A stretch of DNA of 38,562 nt, from IMG/VR virus record IMGVR_UViG_3300035135_000708, positions 1 through 38,562 of that record, one strand, 5' to 3'. Source of the DNA: a virus. Lineage: Duplodnaviria; Caudoviricetes. The stretch's first letter is position 1, and every line of letters begins with the position of its first letter. Under the pieces are notes generated by a model that did not search any database, was not told the DNA's origin, and worked only from the letters and a program-made list of their open reading frames with translations. Made by a program: the position numbers and the translations under genes. Positions 35,001-38,562 of this stretch are shown piece by piece.

Positions 35001-36376
35001 GATACACCTGCTAACGACTGCTCTACATTTGTATTTGTGCTAGATGTTACTGAGGTTCCAGTATCTTTAATCCATCTTGGTTGATTAGTACCAGTCAGAA
35101 CAATTCTAGGATCTGCTGACTGGAATCCTGGTTTAGATACTTGTACAGAATCTCCAGTAAATGAGTATGGTTCAACAGTGTCTGGTAAAGCATCATATAC
35201 AATGCCAAGTGTAAGAAGTTTTACACCCGATCCCTCGATAGTAACAGGTTTGTATACAAAATCTCCACGACTATGTGATACGGGTGAAGTTCTTTCGCTA
35301 ATAACAAATTGAGTTACTGTTTTGTCATCAAACTTGATTACTTCTTCGCCTACAAGAATCTCTCCTAGAGAATCCCATCCTAGAGTAGAAGAAACATTAA
35401 TTCTATCTCCTACACCGAGAGTTGATGGTAATGCTTTCTCTAATCTTGCTTTTGTTGATAGTTCAAAATTACCATTAATAGTTTCAGGAGCAATAACAAT
35501 GTTCCAGATTACTTCATCGGCAATTGTACCTTGAGCGATGACGTTATCTACAGTAGCAGATGCATAACCATATTCTTCGGTTGGTGACTGGACGATCTTT
35601 TTACCAATTAGATCTTTTGGATTACCAGATACAACCTTTACCTTTAGAGCATATACATTAATCCAATCAGATTCTGATGACTTGTATGTAAAGTCTCGTG
35701 GATGATATACTTCTGGTTTATTATCTACATCTTTAGCAACAATTGTATTAAAGATGAATTTAATAGAACTATCAGTTCCCTTTGCTTTGTAGAACTTCTG
35801 AATATTTTTGATCAGAGTTCTTTTATCAATTTCTCCCTTTAGATACTTTTGGGGGAAAGAACCAAGATACTGACTTTCAAAGTTTTTTACAAAAGCATAT
35901 AAGAATAGATTACTAACATTGAATACTTCTGCTCCTGCCAAGTGTGAAGCAGCAGATGTGCTAGTAAAATTAGAAGAACTGTAAAGATCCCCTAGTTTAG
36001 TGTTACCACTAACTCCTCTAGAGCAGTTCTTTAACTGAGTGTCTGTACGACTCTCATAAAAAATGATTTCGTCATTGATTCTAACGTAACCATTCTGCTT
36101 TGGAAATGACTGTGCGTCTACTAGATCAATAGTAGTATCAGTAGAACTAATGTTTGAAGAAAGAGTGTCACTCTGTTTTAGAATTGATTTCTCGTAGTAA
36201 TCAATATCAGCATACTTTTGGATGTTACTTAAAACATCTAACGGACCACCCTGTACCTCTTGAGCTTCATAATACTTCTCAACGAACCTTGAAAATAGTT
36301 CGTATTCAGAAGAAATAAAGTCAGGAAGCTGGGACTCAACTAGAGTAGAGATTCTCTTGGTCTTTACAGCAGGCAT
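26057..36376 (-). CDS. gp7: Baseplate wedge initiator gp7, greatly expanded (3439 aa)
   Basis: N-terminal ISTLVESQLPDFI..EY..F..F...YYE, LIKNIQKFYKAKGT..SIKFIF, KLTDSFFYQDYSYVVKS...W...HPAGFKLFG wedge motifs. Lies between gp6 and gp8. Confidence 0.88.
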   Translation of the reverse strand: MPAVKTKRISTLVESQLPDFISSEYELFSRFVEKYYEAQEVQGGPLDVLSNIQKYADIDYYEKSILKQSDTLSSNISSTDTTIDLVDAQSFPKQNGYVRINDEIIFYESRTDTQLKNCSRGVSGNTKLGDLYSSSNFTSTSAASHLAGAEVFNVSNLFLYAFVKNFESQYLGSFPQKYLKGEIDKRTLIKNIQKFYKAKGTDSSIKFIFNTIVAKDVDNKPEVYHPRDFTYKSSESDWINVYALKVKVVSGNPKDLIGKKIVQSPTEEYGYASATVDNVIAQGTIADEVIWNIVIAPETINGNFELSTKARLEKALPSTLGVGDRINVSSTLGWDSLGEILVGEEVIKFDDKTVTQFVISERTSPVSHSRGDFVYKPVTIEGSGVKLLTLGIVYDALPDTVEPYSFTGDSVQVSKPGFQSADPRIVLTGTNQPRWIKDTGTSVTSSTNTNVEQSLAGVSNNVSAIFSDDQYYYITSSSYPSYNIFDGPNITQPVQDQKILRILRKTPTTTTEIYKTSKRDVGILLNGVPVYGYKDSESIRFGKLDEIRVDTRGRGYTNPPFVIVDGLAGRARAQMVGQVVDSIIIDTEIVFPVTPTVEITSGRDAVARAIVTGGEVTSIVVENPGKFYSSPPIVRITDRLGKGRFAEYVAVIDTDGSITKFEKLAGGTLYSQDNIQVDIIPIGSGASVTPLLKEWNKNRFSKLENTLDKEFGYVFENINNVLEYGYGQVANPKSLRLALSDNIDSTGSEPTNKTHSPILGFAYDGNPIYGPFSHENPFDVNSPIVRMTSSYSLVGNRQDGPATTKYPLGSFVNDYVYTHKSGSLDENNGRFCITPDFPEGTYAYFITIDSNQVPQFPYVIGDKFYSLPVDSNYNSNINQNDIPKNAKRFFTPDMLGNGDGLIATISEVRSGTVDNIAIDRSSNNFSVNSKLYFENEGTQGKDVAALVSSVTGRPVNYLQSKEDKVVKLTTIQNAFLFVDDTLRQPSSSASGTIVGTVQNDNVIVLKDVVGTFDNTGTFSADIKTFILTIDQDSSYTKGATLSLTDGVNPPIATAEILEGTSRQNTVTIKVLTGTWIIDDDYYIQSDNLFNTSGSKIVTLVSLSDNLEPFEVNQSVALVETTENHGLAIGDIVDISIFPDDTTKTKNYYLRKRLYQEATFKAPSNTTTIDSDGIGRFTILNGGADYTQDVYTDVPLTGGTGSGATATITVSSAGVVNDITLTNLGTGYRRGDYLGVDDDQLQRSGASLSSSRLAIYIDHAGVAFNATDIKVKTAKGFAEGDLVSIGSEIVEITAINSNVITVTRGREGTLAVDHYNGGSLSLYKPRYNFTNNFRITSANGSGYIQSYDFNTQKAVIVFDYSIGKRESEPVTLSSTFFDSSSQQRLVSVVSASEVDFKFEFSEDNTTFVPNPNIEIQEFYKYTFDTSHSSLTGTYFDMSPSKSFNLLTLEKVATTILPGNPGSSTSVKFGFGPRLTQNLYDNKTGTNFLNFYYFDKNGIVNSEGAFFEIITDPLQGTKTLNYVTPNRFVYNITKTPLWDGSGSILYTTSGQFAVGEIDGVAITNLGLNYKKVPLITGCDPSEPFRASATVLFDTATNLITGVRIDNIGSNYVNPKVVIVDGDGTGAQFKATQRNGELFSIILENPGIGYTYAPQIKIIESDVDLYSESNTIGIPQSVRITNNGAGYHLDKSVASDVTSKYTLALKNFSGTYQRGEVLTQTINGVEVLRAVVSEYRTGSNLLKIEKVNGIVRDNVSIVGFISGASGVVKKAYITTFKTTTSATYDNLGFYTSDKGRLGVSNQKLTDSFFYQDYSYVVKSKTSIEQWRDLIKSTTHPAGFKLFGQVDVETNATTEMPDVGNRKADSFSIIQLWNPEKNKITVESTKQVTTQTIQSVENTRIRDGQGSAATSEFNFNETRAFEFTLSAPFDGYFDTDGRLQGTTVFQVLDNIGSPFTPISAESLIVTLDGILQEPGVAYTVSGDTIVFSAPPLGPGTKLTGNNITDTSSYKGTKFVGRSFYFKDNQYNTRYIKKLRNIFQRGGTWIDAANQIERNKKFIIEESIGYGKQYYSSLDWSTKLDDYTVDIGYILDAYQHDIRFGGNSKVVDYANIFANGSKYITDNKTESLSIFKYATNLANLAIINWDYVEQSVLFFQGSTEVTVSDTDRIAIGMTISAGRAFSPNTIVVSIDSKTKLTLSKPALANAGGGGGASAGTTFLSGSSNGNEVLPSSVGAVQPGNQYAVNPGDTVQVPTSFASTDSATFYFSGINNGTYYDASNLIANNKAYLQEEVSEFVYANYALPPSDKAKCARDLGFLIDNVVYHLRFGGNAKLVEFAQLYYTNRGYPYGEELTYLNGLEITAANAAWDRLKDLMVLAMRNQLGTGTYTTINPYTDLTVFTDTVFPVCAEVESSIDTMISIVKDIIDKGTGVVEVVNINSNKSGYWSATPTYSNYNILPDPLIPDQECVNVISSVNSLYNNLDDVLNSLEVAKTLPDYIDGETKEFELYWQDGSPVVTESDENFLLSLNAVLQETKYNASYPGDDSYYIDRTVVPNKLMFDVAPIWDQYEGAKTLGEPTAVEKVTGIGIGNYKRMTLDSNLINNVRTGPFLILDLEDLTVANIEEPDYFLVFIDGVLQKSGESYTVSGPNIFFNFPITEQMNVDMRYLYGRDVGQILNLYDFNVDNYYANGVVNLETTFGLPEFLSKNWMGIRRGDRIHAYQYGNTTTYNMIGEVYDISSTGNTLQFRVFGNKCELIQGRDVYFAVAGRYDTVYTIVGLDSSGSSITYEVDNDNRTLVRSNETWRGTYFRKTYKNPFISLSSNSLIKVDGEENFRKIKELPTNLTSKEQRPQEQLSNNYFGQVEVQAYNGITRGEGLSIVAIVENGSVVRLDWNQRSYDPVTQPTAYQYYTPPVINFIPENGEGGGARAAVIVSKGQVISVELISGGSGYTKAPKVVVARRYKVFKDTDIGVSLINASINIEQSTGLNVISNISVLGNQIEGVNTFTSILFDSPVDSDRDITAIIQTGELNVVGGGSDMPVGTDQPDGVKIVFIEPEPVEVEGEGGALQIQDNQTVVSVKINSVLTTNSISTVSRQITSAIHPDVIQNTALSNINYFQVGAFLDAPLDASDTIIYVGNTDKFKTNGYLLIGTEVVRYLRKINDRFLNVERGQNNTTAQNWSAGTFLRQIPDPVSIAYAGVAVVESESQLVTVKGGAAVGVTQRETEYQIEVQDLSPRKDKLEFLRIPPPSGVIDGYQESVFIDDPISTRLNGMVDLLDDYGVVKRDGTIIYARNLVFQNSVFYIGDYTTTNAGHTISHFDGIFDDGTCDVSAMTLAEIETYFPALGIRDFELRGDSSYTLSGDKFTVAPPSIQNPVAISNGSQSIAVGTVTVQKTTYFPSSGSLFTSDGTVIDYTSKTATSFEGCTVASGPANITLNAEIVPFIK
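28930..30259 (-). repeat. Two (nested) phycobiliprotein-like helical domains within gp7
   Basis: WIDAANQIERNKKFI...YTVDIGYILD...RFGGN...AIINW and YYDASNLIANNKAYL...KAKCARDLGFLID..VYHLRFGGN...AMRNQ...VCAEVESSIDTM...ECVNVISSVNSL. Confidence 0.72.
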
Positions 36377-36380
36377 TTAC

Positions 36381-38177
36381 TTACTCTTTGTATGCAGTGA
36401 ACGAGGAATTCGCAACATCAACGTCAAGGTATACCTCGCGGAGTGCCTTGAGATCATTAGACTTTGGTTTTACTCTAACAGAAATGCGATTATCAATGAA
36501 TGTGCCCTTAATGATAGTAAGAGCATACATTTTTAGTTCACCTTTTTCATAATCAATGTCGCCAACATTGCTGTCTAGAACAACCTTTTCGCCTGTTACG
36601 CTATCTATTCTATATAGGACAATTTTGCCATCCCTATCTTCAAGATAGACATCAAATGTTGGGTATTCAGTGACTCTAAAAGCAGTTGACGACAAGGTAG
36701 GTCCGTCACAATCCTCATCAAATTCATTCTGGAAACACACTTCATAATAGAAGGTAGAATTCAAACTAGGATAGAAATCTTTCCTCATTGTAACTTCGGT
36801 TAGGTTAGAATTGATCACTCTATCAGTGTCATCAATTACTCCAACCATCTTACTGAAACGAAACTTGCCATTGAACTTTTCAATGTCAGAATTATCGAGA
36901 TAATTTTGTACAGAACCAATCACTTTGTCTCTAATTTGTCCTGGGGTCTCATCTGTAGAAGATCCATCGTAAAATATCTTTGAAGTCAATTCAACATAGA
37001 GAATAGATGGATCTACAATTACTGGTCTGACAGAAGCAACCATATACTTCTTCAAATCATCAATAATTTGTTGTTTAGTTAATGATGTCAAGAAAGCAGC
37101 GTTCTCTGCCTTAATTACAATAAAAACTTTTCCATACTCTGGTGGGTCTTGGTCCTCACCACCAAAGATTATGATATCACTTGTAGATGGAAATACTCTA
37201 CGAACAATAGCAGCATAATCCTGAGCAGTTACAGCACGATCTTGTGTGCCATAAGACTTAGGTGCGTTGAATTTAATCTTTGCTGTAGATTCTTCTAGTT
37301 CACCACCCGATGCAGCAACTACAGATACTATGTTCGTGTTAAATGCATTTGGAGAAACACCAGATGGATTCTCAACAACACCCGAGAATACAAATGTTTT
37401 TACGCCATTTGACTCTGGTCCAGTTGTTGTCATGTATGACACTTCAATTCTTGTGCCATTCTCTAACTTCTTACCTAAAACACCATCGCCAAAAATTAAC
37501 TCATAACGACTATCTTCAGTTTCATCTAGGAAAAAGATTTTTGAAGTTGCGTCAACATCAAGGATATTATCAGCAACTAGATATGGTTCGCTAAAAGATC
37601 CACCTGATGGAAATACTTTTACGCTAATAGTGTCAGTATCAATCTTATCATTATCAAGAATGAATCTTTGAGTTGATAATGAGGTATTTACAGTAAAGGT
37701 ATTAACAAGTAATGTTCCTTCTCTAACAGCAACATTATTAAACGTTGCCACATTATTTGCTACTTGTCCCGTTACATCATCTAATACCACATACTGGTAA
37801 ATGTTATTATCGAATGATGTAATGAATCCTGTACCTTTCTTTAGGATTAATTCTGTGTCTGTAGTATTGTTGGTGTAATTTACGGTAAATGAAATGTAAG
37901 CAGTTGGAGACGTTGCGCTCCTGGGTCTATATCCTAACTGCTTCGCAATCGCTACCACGTTGTCCCTGAGGGTGGCAGAATCAATGAATAGTTCATTGAC
38001 TACCATGTTAGCGTTAAACGCCGTATAGTAGGTGTTATAGGCGAGTGTATCGATCAACGTCGATAACGCACTACCTTCAAAATCATAATCAGTAAAATCT
38101 GACTGTGCCCTAAGGTAATCCTTTAGAGCAAGCTTAATATCTTCAAAGTCTAAATTGGCAACCTGAGTATAAGGCAT
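36381..38177 (-). CDS. gp6: Baseplate wedge subunit gp6 (598 aa)
   Basis: LDFEDIK..LKDYLRAQSDFTDYDFEGS.LSTLID.LAYNTYY, SATLRDNVV..AKQLGY.P, FGDGVLGKKL, APKSY..QDRAVTAQDY, PPEYGKVFI. Confidence 0.95.
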   Translation of the reverse strand: MPYTQVANLDFEDIKLALKDYLRAQSDFTDYDFEGSALSTLIDTLAYNTYYTAFNANMVVNELFIDSATLRDNVVAIAKQLGYRPRSATSPTAYISFTVNYTNNTTDTELILKKGTGFITSFDNNIYQYVVLDDVTGQVANNVATFNNVAVREGTLLVNTFTVNTSLSTQRFILDNDKIDTDTISVKVFPSGGSFSEPYLVADNILDVDATSKIFFLDETEDSRYELIFGDGVLGKKLENGTRIEVSYMTTTGPESNGVKTFVFSGVVENPSGVSPNAFNTNIVSVVAASGGELEESTAKIKFNAPKSYGTQDRAVTAQDYAAIVRRVFPSTSDIIIFGGEDQDPPEYGKVFIVIKAENAAFLTSLTKQQIIDDLKKYMVASVRPVIVDPSILYVELTSKIFYDGSSTDETPGQIRDKVIGSVQNYLDNSDIEKFNGKFRFSKMVGVIDDTDRVINSNLTEVTMRKDFYPSLNSTFYYEVCFQNEFDEDCDGPTLSSTAFRVTEYPTFDVYLEDRDGKIVLYRIDSVTGEKVVLDSNVGDIDYEKGELKMYALTIIKGTFIDNRISVRVKPKSNDLKALREVYLDVDVANSSFTAYKE

Positions 38178-38562
38178 TATCGTGTACGCTCTAAGAAGAA
38201 TTCGACAGTTACTGGTGTGTCTTCTCTACCAATAATGGTATATGTCAATTCAACATCATAACCATTGTTCATTTCATCTGGATTGCACAAAATACTATCT
38301 ACAGAAATTCTTGGTTCGTAACGTTCTAGAACCTCTCTAATTTCTGATTTGATAATACCAGCACTACCATAATCCAATGGTTCAAACAATACATTCTGAA
38401 TACCACATCCCAACTGAGGTTGAAATGGTCTTTCCCCCTTCCTAGTAAGAAGCAAGGCAGTAATCGCCTGAACGATAGCTGCCTTGTCTTTTACCGTTAC
38501 CAGATCATCTGATACAGGATGCTTCTTAAAGGTAACACTCAAGTCTTTGAATGTCTCAAAGG
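38177..38562 (-). CDS. gp25: Baseplate wedge subunit gp25 (GPW/gp25 family), 5'-truncated at the window edge
   Basis: FKDLSVTF..HPV..DL, LLLT.KGERPFQPQLG....LFEP, YEPRI. The frame stays open to the window end (FETFKDL), so the true start is outside. TAATG coupling to gp6. Confidence 0.93.
   Translation of the reverse strand, partial: FETFKDLSVTFKKHPVSDDLVTVKDKAAIVQAITALLLTRKGERPFQPQLGCGIQNVLFEPLDYGSAGIIKSEIREVLERYEPRISVDSILCNPDEMNNGYDVELTYTIIGREDTPVTVEFFLERTR

Noticed and set aside
1030-37594. Many short plus-strand and alternative-frame ORFs (60-133 aa)
   Set aside because: All lie within long minus-strand genes. They are the expected shadow frames of biased codon use, with no recognisable motifs or expression signals.
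38540-38542. TTG start for gp25
   Set aside because: The frame is open to the window end and the conserved FKDL motif spans this codon, so the gene is truncated.
1-38562. Diversity-generating retroelement, CRISPR array, intron/intein, tRNA or invertible segment
   Set aside because: By eye I found no reverse transcriptase, recombinase, homing endonuclease or intein motifs and no near-identical long DNA repeats. Intergenic gaps are under 100 nt and are explained by promoters and a terminator.

Overview
A 38.6 kb, AT-rich, densely coding block read entirely on the minus strand. It is the virion baseplate/tail module of a T4-like marine myovirus, most likely a cyanomyovirus (inferred from gene order, protein sizes and TATAAATA late promoters). 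In transcription order: gp25 (5'-truncated), gp6, a giant gp7 (3439 aa), gp8, a VrlC/DUF4815-type protein (2704 aa), a 68 aa protein, a 1555 aa fibre-like protein, a 170 aa protein, a 2876 aa tail fibre, a missed 56 aa four-Cys protein, a 218 aa orphan, a LamG-like protein and a 3'-truncated structural gene missed by the ORF track. The most striking observation is four phycobiliprotein-like helical domains inside two virion proteins, two in gp7 and two in the tail fibre. Three keep the C-x-R-D bilin motif (alpha/beta-84 site) and all four keep apparent equivalents of beta-Asp39 and beta-Cys155, so the virions may be bilin-chromophorylated. A cupredoxin-like His/Cys/His module sits in a third virion protein. 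All family assignments are by eye against remembered sequences; no search was run.
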